Shown piece after piece: positions 24,337-35,547 of a DNA stretch of 64,000 nt. The stretch's first letter is position 1. The number at the start of each line of letters is the position of its first letter. Source of the stretch: Rhizophagus irregularis. Taxonomy: Eukaryota. The notes beneath the pieces were generated by a model. It was not told the origin of the DNA and ran no database searches. It saw only the letters and a program-made list of their open reading frames with translations. The DNA is taken from positions 4,278,001-4,342,000 of the forward strand of contig NC_089433.1 of assembly GCF_026210795.1 (NCBI RefSeq). Direction: 5' to 3'. The position numbers and the translations under genes are program-made.

Positions 24337-26918
24337 TTACAATATGTCATTGATAGCGCCCTCAGTATCCTCTTCGTCCCAGTCATCGATGATTCCATTG
24401 GCGGCCTCCCATTCACGTTCCATATCAGTTTTTGGACGTTCCTCTGGGATTTCTCGTGCTTTACCTTTATTCATCTTCATAGTTTCATAACCAGAGGTAG
24501 TAGAGATAATCTTGGCATCACGATCCTCCTTGTATACTCTTATTAGATTTGTGAGTTCTTTACGGCTAGGTGTTTTAGGTGAGTTCCCATTATATTCGAT
24601 CCAGTCCTTGAAGTGGTCTACTACCTCCCTAAAGTAGTACTGGTACTTGTCCTCAATACGCGTTGTGGGACATTCCTCTACTTCAAACGCAAGTATTTCC
24701 CAGTCATACTCGTCTGACGCGTTTTGGTACTTAGCCCATAAATCCTTACCTGTATTGTAGAGATCATTGAACACCTGGTCCTTTGAATTCTTGACCATGG
24801 CTTATGATCCCATCGGTGCCTTTCATGCCAAGCCCAGTGTGCTTGAGTACCTTCCTTTGGTTCAGGGTCCCAGTCAACTTCTAGTTCTGTGTCAGGTTCT
24901 AGGATAGGTTGCTTTTTGAGAGTCAGTTCTACTACAGGTTCTGTAGAAGATTTGGAATCTGCGAGAGATTCAGATTTTGCAGAAGATTCTGCAGGAGACT
25001 CGGGTTGTTGCTCAGGAACTTGGTCTGCAGTTGTAGAATCTGAGTCAGATAGTAAGTTATCTAAAACGTCGTAGTCATCATTAGCTTCAAATGCAGGTTC
25101 CTCAGCAGGCAGCTCATTTTCTTGATCAGGTACCTCATCAGATAGATAACAGTCTGAGAAACTGTCTATAATTTCATTAGTATCTGACTCTATGGGAGCT
25201 GGAGATTCCTCAGGAATAGGATCCTCTTTGATGACAGGTGCAGGTTTTACCTTCAAGCAATCAGGTTTAGGTGGTACTGGTGGAGGAGCCTTTTTGGCAA
25301 CTGGTTGCTTTTCAGTAGGTTTTTCTTCAATAGGAGCAGGTTTTTCCTCAGCAGGTTTCTCAACAACTAGCTCCACTTCCTCTTGATCTACTTGCGATTT
25401 ACTAGCTGGATTATATATATTTGCCAAGAATTTCACCAAGGCATTTGGATCAGATGCGGGCTTCTCAGGAGTTTCTACATCTATTCCTTCTATATTGATT
25501 TCATCTGTTTCATGGATCTATTTTTTGCTGAGGTATTTCTTGTAAAGATCCTCCCTGGATATGCTATATACTTGGGTTAACTTTTTATTTATATAAGTCC
25601 GATTACTATTTATACTCAACTCATTTGATAGAATTCTAGAAGCGTTTATATTTGATAATGGTGAGATGCAATGAGTTTCACAGTATGAAGTATATACCCT
25701 ATAAAATTCTTGAACAGGTAGGTCGGTTATATGATTTTTTACTATGAGGTAAGTGTCCTTTATGAATTGAAATAGGGGTGGAAGAGTCGATATGATGTGA
25801 TCCTGCTTAGATGTTGTCATAGGTGGTGGATTCCCATTGAAGTCTGGGTAAGCATCTGCAATGGCTCTCAAGTAAGCATAGAATGCCTCACTGGTGCCTG
25901 GGTATTTCATAGCGTCACTGAGTTTCTTAAAGTAGTTGAGGTCTCCCTTGCGGGATGGTGACACATCCAAGAACACTGTGTGCCTATCGTCATTCTCCAC
26001 TCTAAGAGCATTTTCATTAGTGAGTACAATGGTGGATATAAAGTTTTTGTAATGTGTTGGCATCTTGTATTTTTCATGGATTTCCATTATGTCACCTGTT
26101 ACCTTATCCTTTAACGATCGATACAGATTATTCCACTGGCTTTTTTCTGTAGGTATTTTCTCGAGGAGGAGAAGAACCTTACCTTGTAATTGCCCATTGA
26201 AACTTCCAAGAATCGTTTGAGGATCGCTAGTCTTATAAACAAGTTGAGTACCTAAGACACTACGTTGAATGAAATCTGTTATAATACTCTTACCCCAACC
26301 CTGTCCAGATTTCAGGTAGAGAATCGAATACATTTTCCTTCCAGCTGCCACACCGGCCAACCACTTTATGATATACTCAGTAAGATTCCAATCGCCTGAA
26401 CACCAAATATCCTGAATGTGAGAGAAGATAAATTTAACCGCGAGGTGGGTTGTAGATTCAAAAGTGGATATCGGACACAGGATATGGAGGAATCCTGGAA
26501 AGATATTGAGATAAAGTTGGCCACCTAGTTTAAAGATACGGGATTTTTGAGGGTCACAGGTAGCTACACATACAGTACTATATTCGATCATAAACCATTT
26601 GTTGATATTAAATTCAACCTTTTGTAAAGGACCCTGTTCAGATTGTGTGTAAAAGACTTTGGTAATTGGACGGATAAGTTTATTAATATTTTTATCAGGG
26701 ATGTGCTTGAGGTTTTTGATTTCTGATCACCACATGAAGACTCCATGCGGGTTGGAGCAGGGGATAAAGTAACTGCAAAGATAACCTTTAGCTTGATTGA
26801 GATCTCTCATATTCTTTGCAGCGTTAATGAGCCGTTTAAGCTCATCAATACTAAAAGCCTTCTTTTGTTCACCGAACTTGGGGATAACTTGAGCTTGAGT
26901 GCTAGTTTGGGCAGTCAT
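24337..26918 (-). pseudogene. SF3/D5-like helicase with winged helix, Pro/Glu-rich linker and C-terminal domain, copy A
   Basis: GQGWGKS Walker A, LLLLE Walker B, LTN motif C; ORF pieces 26727-26933, 25518-26591, 24678-25439 and 24337-24798. Confidence 0.85.
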
Positions 26919-27138
26919 TTTTTGTTCTATCAAATCGAGTACTAATTTATAGTTACCTAATCTTCAATTGCCGAATATTTTTTCCAAAGATCTGCACTCC
27001 TACCAGGTTACCCTCCTGTAGTCCTGTGGTCCTGCGATTCTGCGGTCCTCTGGTTATATCTGGTTATCTTCTAGGGGTAAAAAAAAAACTATAAACCACG
27101 AACCTTTACGACTGCTCTAAATCTTCCCTTCCCCTTTT

Positions 27139-27507
27139 TCAAACTACATATATCTGAAATCCAAACCGCTCAAGAGCTCCTTTTACTATAGTTAGCTCTT
27201 TTCTAGTGTCCGTTAACTCTTTACAAGCCTTTTGATACGCCTTCCATTCAAGTTCATGGAGGTCACGATTTCTATTATCCTCCTCCTCCGATCGACCAAG
27301 AGCATCATTTGCTTTTTCCTTCTTTTCTACTGCCCTGTCGTATGCCTCCTCAGCTTTTTTATGCCACTTCCAGAGTACTTGTTCAGCTTCGGCTTTCCAG
27401 ATTGGGCTGACTTCTAAAAGATGTGGCCCAAAATTGCTACTTGGAATGAGTTCCAGGATATGGCCTACAAGTTCGGGGATTACTGATACTGCGTGCGGGG
27501 TATACAT
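27139..27507 (-). CDS. F-box-like protein 2 with coiled coil, copy A
   Basis: VIPELVGHILELIP...LLEVSPIW pattern; conserved in copy B (57948-58307). Confidence 0.6.
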   Translation of the reverse strand: MYTPHAVSVIPELVGHILELIPSSNFGPHLLEVSPIWKAEAEQVLWKWHKKAEEAYDRAVEKKEKANDALGRSEEEDNRNRDLHELEWKAYQKACKELTDTRKELTIVKGALERFGFQIYVV

Positions 27508-27779
27508 GTTATCTGTCCTTCATCGGGAAATTTTTTAAGATGCAGAACTGCGGAGATCTGTTAAATTAGCAGATCTCCGCATTTTTTTTGTGAATTTATG
27601 CGGAAGTCTGCGATTTTGCAGATTTTCACTTTTTATTTTTTACAAAGTTATGTAATAATCTGCAATTTTGCATATTTCCAATTTTTTATGTATGCATTTC
27701 TGTACGCTAAACCCGGAAAGTTAAAATTAATTCGTTCTTCGATGTTTTCATAAATATTATTAACTCTAACACCATCTAT

Positions 27780-29650
27780 ATATATTATATCCTAGATTTG
27801 AGTTCTTGATTTTAGTTAATAATGGATCATAATAAATAATCCATAAAAGTGGCAAAAACTTGATCAATTTCGCATTGCATATCGAAAGCGTCTGTTAGCA
27901 AACCTTATTCTTCCGTCCAGTCGATAATCCTGTTAATAAGTTAATCAATTCTATTGGAAATTTAATTCTTTTCATCGCTTTTTCCAGCATAAAAATATTA
28001 ATCCGATCATAAGCTTTTGACATGTCGAAGGCAAGAATTCATAATTCTTTATCACGTTCATTGCTATGTTGAATTATCTTATTAATTATTCGTAATGGCT
28101 CGAAAGTTGAGTTTAAAGGTAAACCCGCGTATTGATATCCTTGCAAAATTTGATGTTCTACTATTATCTTCGAGATACGTTTTGTAATTATTTTCATCAT
28201 AACTTTTCTAACTGTTTCCAATAACATGATTGGCCTAGTATTATTTAATCTATACCCCTAAGGTTTCGGTTTTGGGATTAGATATATATTTGCTAATTTC
28301 CAATCTTTGGGCATTATTTGAGTTCGCAAAACTTCATCTATAATATTCCTTAATAATTGATTAAACTCTAACAGAGCTTTCTTAATCTCATCATATGCAA
28401 TTCCTGTGGGTCCCACTGCTTTTTTAATTGGTAAATCCTTAATTACGATATTCCATTCGTCATCTGTAATTGGTTCAAGGCAATTATTATAAATTAATTC
28501 ATTAATTGATCTTATCGGTTCATATTCATCAGACCACTCTTGTAAATCTTCTATTGTACGATTTTTCGAATCAGCTGCATTTTGAAAATAATCTTTAGTT
28601 ATATCTTTGATTTTATTTTCATCAGTAACTAAAATACTATTTCCATATTCATTATCAATTAAAACTCTATCTATAAAAATTTTTTTCATCTCATTTTCAG
28701 TAATATTATCAATCATTCTTCGTTGATTATCTGCTAAATCTGCACAATGTTTATTCTATGGTTTCTTAAATTTTTTCATTTTTTAAATTAAACATTTCTA
28801 ATGAAAATTTTGAGAATAAAACGTCATATATCTCATTTAATTCCTTAACATATTGACCTATCAAGAATCGACTTAATCTATGTTGTAATAAGAGATACGT
28901 TGAATTCACTTCATCTATTGAATGTCTTTTAACAAGATGTTTTAAATAATTATTGTAGTGTTTCCAATTTAGAGCGAGTCTTTCAAAACTCAATTTCTTT
29001 TTAAATTTTCTTCTTAAATATATAATGTATCGTAAATCTTTATATAGTTATGTATGTTGAAATGTTTTGTCATGATCGATATTAACGATAATTTCTTTAG
29101 ATCGAATATGTTGTTGTTTAATTTTCAATAAATTATTTTTAAAAAATGACCACTTTTCTTCTATTGAGCCATTTAAATTAAAAGAAATAGCAACCTTTTT
29201 TAAGTCATCTTGAAAATTTAAAAGATCTTTTTCTTCAGTATTGTCAAAGTCAAAAATTTGTCTAATTAAATTCTTATTAGTCGTATTCATTTTTTTTGTC
29301 TATAAAATCGGATAAATCAAATCTTCATTAATAAAATCAAAAGTTAATAAAGCATGATCCGTTTTAATTATATCTCTTATATTAATAATTTTGCTTTCGA
29401 TATTTTCGTGAAAAGATTTTCTGATATCCATATATAATCAATTCTTGAGTTGAAACGACCAAAATAAGTCATTATTTCTTTTGTATTATCCATATCATAA
29501 GTTTCTTTATGAACATCCCATAAATTAAGATCCTCTAATTTCTGAAAAATTTTCAACATTTTTGGCATAGATTGTTTATTATCTTGTCATTTTTTAAACC
29601 TTCGATATTGTAAATTAAAATCACCACAACAAATAATATCGAAAAAAAAA
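27780..29650 (-). pseudogene. Decayed LINE ORF2 fragment (APE and N-terminal RT), distinct from the LINE at 12429-20593
   Basis: Fragmented ORFs with CGDFN, SRIDYIW, KAVGPTGI, WKLANIYLIPKPK, LLETVRK and DMSKAYD motifs; many stops. Confidence 0.8.
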
Positions 29651-29752
29651 TTTTCTAAGTTTTTCTTTGTAAAAAAAATGAAATGTAGGAACGGGAGAGA
29701 GTTTTCCTCATTCTGATCTGACATTGTCATTGTCATAAAGTTATATAAGATT

Positions 29753-30401
29753 CCCTATAAAAAATAAATGTCCGGAAAATGTCTAAGAAAATGTCCGGAA
29801 ATTGTCCAGAATAAATCTGGCATGTTCAGAAATTGTTTGGAAAATGTCTATTTTTTGCTACAAATTTGATACCTAAAATTTTGACATATCCGGACTTTGT
29901 CCAGAATATATCCAGAATTTGTCCAGTATAAAATTTTGGACAAATTTCAGACAGATAAACCTGGACAAATTTCGGACATAGTAAAAATTCAGATAATTTG
30001 AGCTGGACAAATTCTGGACGCTACTTCCAAAAAAGGATAAATTAATTTTGTAAAAAAATGCAAAAAGCACAAGACTGACATTCATAACCTTCTTTGTCAT
30101 ACTAATTAAATTTGCTGAGCAGGCAAAAATACTATATATCTATGATATAAAACTTTAAGTTAAAAGTAATTATAATGATGGTCACCTGTTGATCATCTTT
30201 TTGTACCAAATTTTATGAAAAAATATTTCAGGTCAATTTCTGAACAAATTCTGGACAAAATGAGTGTTCGGAAATGAGTGTGTTTTCAGAACAATTTCCA
30301 GACACGGTACCTGGCATTTTCTGGATATTTTCCGGACAATTATTTAGACAAATTTTCTGGACAATTTCTGGACAATTTCCAGACACTTATTTTTTATAGG
30401 G
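29753..30401. mobile_element. MITE (649 bp) with CCCTATAAAAAATAA TIRs and subterminal TGTCCGGA/TCTGGACA repeats
   Basis: CCCTATAAAAAATAAATGTCCGGAAA ... TTTCCAGACACTTATTTTTTATAGGG; ATT on both flanks (3-bp TSD). Confidence 0.8.
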
Positions 30402-31393
30402 ATTAATTTGAGAGTTTTTTACCAAAAAGGAAATTTTTTTATAAAAAAAGAAATGATTTTCAATTTCGAGGTAATTCAGCAGGTGTTTTAATAACAAATT
30501 GAAAAATGATTTCCATAGAAAATCTCATGACAAAATTTATAATAAATTTAAAAATAAATGATCAACAAATGATCAACAAAATCGTTATTAGTTTTATAAA
30601 AAACGCCCAATAATATCTTTTTATTGTTTTAAAAAATAAAAAAAAAAACTTCTATATTACACTATATCATAAGCCATTGAAATTCCATGCATTTAAAGTG
30701 AACCAAAAGACTTCAAAAAAAAGAAAGGCCACATCATGCAACTATTCGTTGGTGTTTTCTCTACTAGGAGTAAGCTTTCATTGATAGTGAGATGAATAAT
30801 CTCGTCTTGGCAAATGTTAAAAGGCTTTAAAGACGGTATGATCATTTTGGTTATTTTGCATTCTTGTAGATGGGCAGTCAAGAATATACAGTTTCATTAA
30901 ACCACCATATGATTGCATTTTTAGAATACTAATAATTAGTCAATCCTATCATTCTGTTTGTTGAGACAAGTGAACAATGTCGAATTTAAGTTGAGAGGGA
31001 TGTATCAAACCAAGAGATAAAGAGGTGGATGAGGATGAGCCTAAATTTTTTAGAGTTTTAATGATGTTATATCCTAGGATTGCATTTTTGAAAGTAATAA
31101 AAGTCTGGTCCTGGAAAATTCTGACTTATTATAAGTCACAAAAGGACCTGGAAGAAATACTGTCAAGGCAGCTGAAAAAGGAGATGGCATAAAATGGACT
31201 TTCCAGACTTTCAGGGAAGTAAGAGACCAAGTAGAACAAGAGCAGAAGGAAAGGAGAGGCAATCAACAATGTAAGAAACAAGCACTGTTCAAACTACAAG
31301 AAAGAAATCTTTCATATGGGTCAGTAAATTTAGATAAACTTCAAGGTCACCATTAGGGATGGCAACGGTCACGGTCATTAACCGGTTATGACC

Positions 31394-31866
31394 GTCGTCG
31401 TGCTGGGTGTGGGCACGGTGCAAGCACCACCCACCTCCGGGTCTAACGACCTGTCGCAGTACCTATCTGGTCCCTACGGAACTCAGGAATCCCCATAAAT
31501 CCTCCACAATCCTACACATAGATCCTCCACAAAAATATATAACAAAAAAGGATAAAATAAAAGAAAAGAGAGGAAAATAAGAGGGAATCAGAAGAGTGTG
31601 GAGGATGTGGAGGATGTGGAGGATGTTTTAAAAAAATCAGGAGAGGGATTCCCCCAGAAAAAAGTTTTGATTTTACCCCCCCAGATCCTCCACATCCAGA
31701 ACATCTTCCACACGTACAGGATTCCGTCCGATCATCTGTATAAGCCGATGAGACAGCAAACCAGGTAGATTAACAGGTAAGCCCCTAGAAGGTCTATAGA
31801 GCTGGTAAGACCAACCCCATCCCGCCCCCGTCAGAAAAAATAAGTAATTGAACAATGGGTATACCA
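31394..31866 (+). repeat. Left TIR of copy B (473 bp)
   Basis: GTCGTCGTGCTGGG...GGGTATACCA; reverse complement of 58333-58805 with only a few mismatches. Confidence 0.95.
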
Positions 31867-31897
31867 AGACGATTCAGAATACTTTTAAAAGGCAGTA

Positions 31898-32218
31898 CTA
31901 ATCCGTTTTCCTCTTTTTTGCCTCTTTAAGACATTTATCAATACACTGCTTGCAAGTGTCATCAGCATCTAAAATTTTCTGTCCGAGTTTTTTGCATTGC
32001 CGATTGTAAGCCGTCTGCTGTCTCTTAGCAGCGGTTTCTTTCTTTTTCTCCTTAGTCTTCTTCTTGATCACCCAGTCTACTCCAGTAAAAGTATTCTTAT
32101 GCATACCACAAATTGTGCAGTCACCATGCAGCCGGTAACGCCCATTTGTAGTCATATCTTGTATTTCACTAGCAGTCTCAGTTTCCTTCTTGCACTTTAG
32201 ACAGTAAAATCGTGTCAT
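31898..32218 (-). CDS. Small basic zinc-ribbon protein (DUF5679-like)
   Basis: MTRFYCLKCKK...GDCTICG, Lys-rich tail and a further CxxC; probable ATG at 32218, divergent from the integrase. Confidence 0.75.
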   Translation of the reverse strand: MTRFYCLKCKKETETASEIQDMTTNGRYRLHGDCTICGMHKNTFTGVDWVIKKKTKEKKKETAAKRQQTAYNRQCKKLGQKILDADDTCKQCIDKCLKEAKKRKTD

Positions 32219-32262
32219 CTTGAGATTTGAAGTCTGAAATCTTTCCTTTAATTTGTCATAAT

Positions 32263-33354
32263 ATGTCACAATTAGAGAATTACTACAAGTACTACAGTCT
32301 ATCCAGAGTACCAGCACGAATTTTAAAAGGTGAAGAGCACTACAACCTATACAAAAAGCCCTTAAAGGAAAAGTCAACAGAACGCCCAAAGGTAATTGTA
32401 TGGAAACCAAATGCAACACACCAGGCAGATCTTGCAGAGATGCCAGTTGACCCCAAAGGATTCCACTATTTCTTCGTAGTGGTGGAAGTTGCAGGAAAGA
32501 GAGTCGATGCAGAGCCCTTGAAGGATAAAACTGCAAATAGGGTTCTCAATGGATTTGTCAAAATCTACAGAAGAAATCGTATCAAGCCTCCAACACACCG
32601 ACTGGAAACCGACTCCGGATCAGAATTCACTAATGACCAGGTACGTGATTTTTTCCTGAACAGCCTAGGGGTGATGATTAGGTTTGGAGAGCCGGGAAGA
32701 CATAAACAGCAATCATATGCTGAAAGAGCTATCCAAGCTATCCAAGAACCCCTTCTTAAACGAATGGTAGCACAGGAGTTGAAAACTGGGGTGACATCCG
32801 TGGAATGGTCAGAAGATTTCCATAATATAGTGAGTAAAGTAAATGAACTCTGGCAGAGAAATCCCCCAGACATTCCGACAGGGTCACCCAAAGTGTCAAA
32901 AAAGACAGACCTCCTCTCTGAAGGAACACGTGTCAGAGTCAAGTTAGATGAACCTATTTCTGTACTTGGTAACAAACTTCATGGAAAATTCCGTACAGGA
33001 GACATAAGATGGAACCCAAACATTCGTGTAATCAAAAAAATGATACTCTCACCTGAACAGCCTCCTACATATCTCCTTAATGGACCACATGGTCGATTAG
33101 GTGTATCCAGATGTGCATATACCCGAAAGGAATTGCAAGTAGTTTCTATTAATGAAAAGCCTCCACCTGACTCTGTGATAAGAGGACAACCCAAAAGATT
33201 CATACCTGAGCAGATACTTCGGCATCGCATTAGAAAAGGTCAAGACCAGTATTTGGTTAAGTGGGAGAGATACCCAGATACAGAAGCCACTTGGGAACCT
33301 GCTGACCAGTTGAAGGAAGATGTCCCTGACTTAATTCGCAAATTTTGGGAATAA
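32263..33354 (+). CDS. rve (DDE) integrase with C-terminal chromodomain
   Basis: HQADL, ETDSGSEF, YAERAI; Polinton-like GTRVRV...KFRTG...W segment; chromodomain YLVKWERYPDTEATWEP. Confidence 0.93.
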   Translation: MSQLENYYKYYSLSRVPARILKGEEHYNLYKKPLKEKSTERPKVIVWKPNATHQADLAEMPVDPKGFHYFFVVVEVAGKRVDAEPLKDKTANRVLNGFVKIYRRNRIKPPTHRLETDSGSEFTNDQVRDFFLNSLGVMIRFGEPGRHKQQSYAERAIQAIQEPLLKRMVAQELKTGVTSVEWSEDFHNIVSKVNELWQRNPPDIPTGSPKVSKKTDLLSEGTRVRVKLDEPISVLGNKLHGKFRTGDIRWNPNIRVIKKMILSPEQPPTYLLNGPHGRLGVSRCAYTRKELQVVSINEKPPPDSVIRGQPKRFIPEQILRHRIRKGQDQYLVKWERYPDTEATWEPADQLKEDVPDLIRKFWE

Positions 33355-33379
33355 AAAAAAATAGAAGAATTAAAGGGTC

Positions 33380-34116
33380 TTATTTTTTATCCCCTCGATT
33401 AGCATCAGGAACTATTGGGATAAAAACATTCTTCCCATTACAGGTAAAGGCTATATGTTCACGTGATTCATGGATATCATAATTGTAACGTTTCAGACAC
33501 GTTCGGCTTAACCCAATTTCCCTATGCTTGTAACCACTTAAGACTGCAAGGTCCTCAGTGATAGCATAATCAGGGGTAAGTTTGATTGTCACTCCCTTTA
33601 CCATACCGAATGTCCTACCTGTTCCTGGAGCACCAGATATGTTGTATGTAATACTCTTGTCGATATCCAACCCTAATTCCTCAGCAGCTTCTCTCTGAAT
33701 AAAAGACGCATTAGCACAAGTGTCTGCTAAACACTGAATTGCTATCCCATTAACCTCCCCATCCAGTGCTAAAAGATCTTTAGTATTCTCCAAACGAGCT
33801 ATATCAATATCCATAGGATCGTATTCCCTGATATCCTCTTCTTGTTCCTCCTCAGCTAAGTCATCTGAAATCTCTATGACTTTTCTAGCAGACATCATCT
33901 CCTCCTGAAGAATCTCACGGAGTAATTTCCTAAAGTCTGCAGACCTTAACAGGCTTAATAAGTCATTCTTAGTAACAGCTTTTGCAGGTGTAGACTTACT
34001 ACCAGTAACTTTCACAGGAATCTTAACAGGGGTTGCTTTGCCTTTCAAGGGTACACTAGAAGAGCTAACTGCTGTCTTATTTGGGGACGACTTAAGAAGT
34101 TTTGAGATACTCGAAC
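33380..34116 (-). CDS. Retropepsin-like aspartic protease, probably expressed as a Gag-Pro fusion
   Basis: GEVNGIAIQCLADTCANASFIQREAAEELGL; frame is open up to the A9 run at 34121-34129. Confidence 0.78.
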
Positions 34117-35547
34117 CTACTTTTTTTTTGACCCAACACGAACCATATAGACATCACCAACTTTTTCTCTCAATTCTACCTTTTCACCAAAACTCACAGT
34201 ATCAATGTCCATAGCATCATCGTTAAGATCAAGGTTTCTCATTGCTCGGGCCAAATCCAGATCATCACGTCTATCTTTAGCCTTCTGAAGTTGTTTTGTA
34301 AGTATTTTAGACGTCCCACGTTTATATCCCATAATAAGATCAATAGCATTTTGATGATCATCCAAAGTCCACTCAGGAGCATCAGGATCATCACCAACAT
34401 CATGATCTACATAACCATCATCCCAATCAGGATCCTGAGGATCCTGAATAACACGTCTCTGTGGTTTTGGTCGAACAGGTTTAATCTGCTGTCTATAGAC
34501 TGGTGGATTACGAACTGGCCGAGCCTGTAATTGTTTAAATTGCACCTGAAAATTCTTGGTAAGTTCCTCAGCTTGAGCCTTAAGTAACTCTTGTAATTGT
34601 TCTTGAGTAACCCCAGATGACTTTGATGTCAGTACGACAGGTTCCTGTTTTCCTAACGGAGGTTGAGTTACATCACTGTAATCTGCTTGAAGTCGTCGAT
34701 TTCTATCTTGTAACCCCAAGCGCATTTCAGCCCTTCTCTGTTCTAAATTTCTCAGATGTTTAACCAAGTCATCAGAATTAAGATTGTGAAACCTTTCTGC
34801 TTCAAAAATATTATCAGCCGAAAGACCTCTAAAGAACTGGTCGATAATAAGATCATTAGTTAGTTTTAGTAATTTTCCAGCCCTCTTTACAGTTCTATAA
34901 AATGCATCAACTGGCTCATTTTCCTGATAAAGACTGTTAAAACGGATACGTTTCTTTTCATCTAAAATAGTTGGGAATTGTGTTCTAAGCCAATAAAGCG
35001 CCTGGTTAGGTTTAATACCTGGAAAAACTATAGGCCGATTATCATTAGCAGCAACACCAGCATCTGCAGTAGCCGGAGCAGCTCTATCTGTCGGACGAGC
35101 ACCAGCTCTTCCTCAAGCTTTATCTCCACCTATTAAATCATGAGTAGGAATAAATGCTGCTCTAATAGTTGCTAATGCATTAACTGGATCTGTAGCATAA
35201 GTCTGTGCTTCAGACCCATTTACATAAGTACCTGCATTCGGTCCTCCTGCACCTTCTGGTATTACTAATGCTACAAAAGCAGCTAAATTAGCTCCACCTC
35301 TTGAAGTGATACCAGAAAGTTCCCAATTTTTTCCTGTAATTTCTCGATCAAACCATTCAGCTGCTCCACCGGCCATGCAGCTTCTAAGTATACCCATAGC
35401 TCTTTTCCAAGACTCTGGTGGCCCTCCAGCAGCATATGGGTTAAGATTAATAGTATCAAGATAACCCATATAAAGCCTAACAAATGTATCAATATCATCA
35501 GTAGCTTTACCCTCAAAAATCGGCAATCCTATCGCAGTGGTAGCCAT
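34117..35547 (-). CDS. Ty3/gypsy-type Gag capsid protein (~476 codons, one in-frame TGA at 35113-35115)
   Basis: LPIFEGKATDDIDTFVRLY...ILRSCMAGGAAEWF (CA-NTD) and LYQENEPVDAFYRTV...IIDQFFRGL (MHR/CA-CTD); parallels the gypsy Gag at 51051-51758 in this window. Confidence 0.82.

Larger units (their letters stand above)
4981..27520. mobile_element. Polinton/Maverick-like element, copy A (decayed, right TIR missing, three nested insertions)
   Basis: Colinear and highly similar to copy B from GTCATCGGACTGG (4981) to ...GTTATCTGTCCTT (27520), where homology stops just before the right TIR; same gene order; many nonsense and frameshift lesions. Confidence 0.92.

Noticed and set aside
31000..31353. 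Purine-rich coding-like sequence that continues at 59166-59460 across the MITE (…NLDKLQGHH|RWNLDKLLEKEE…)
   Set aside because: Probably a decayed gene or TE ORF, but it has multiple stops and no recognisable motif, so no call is supported.
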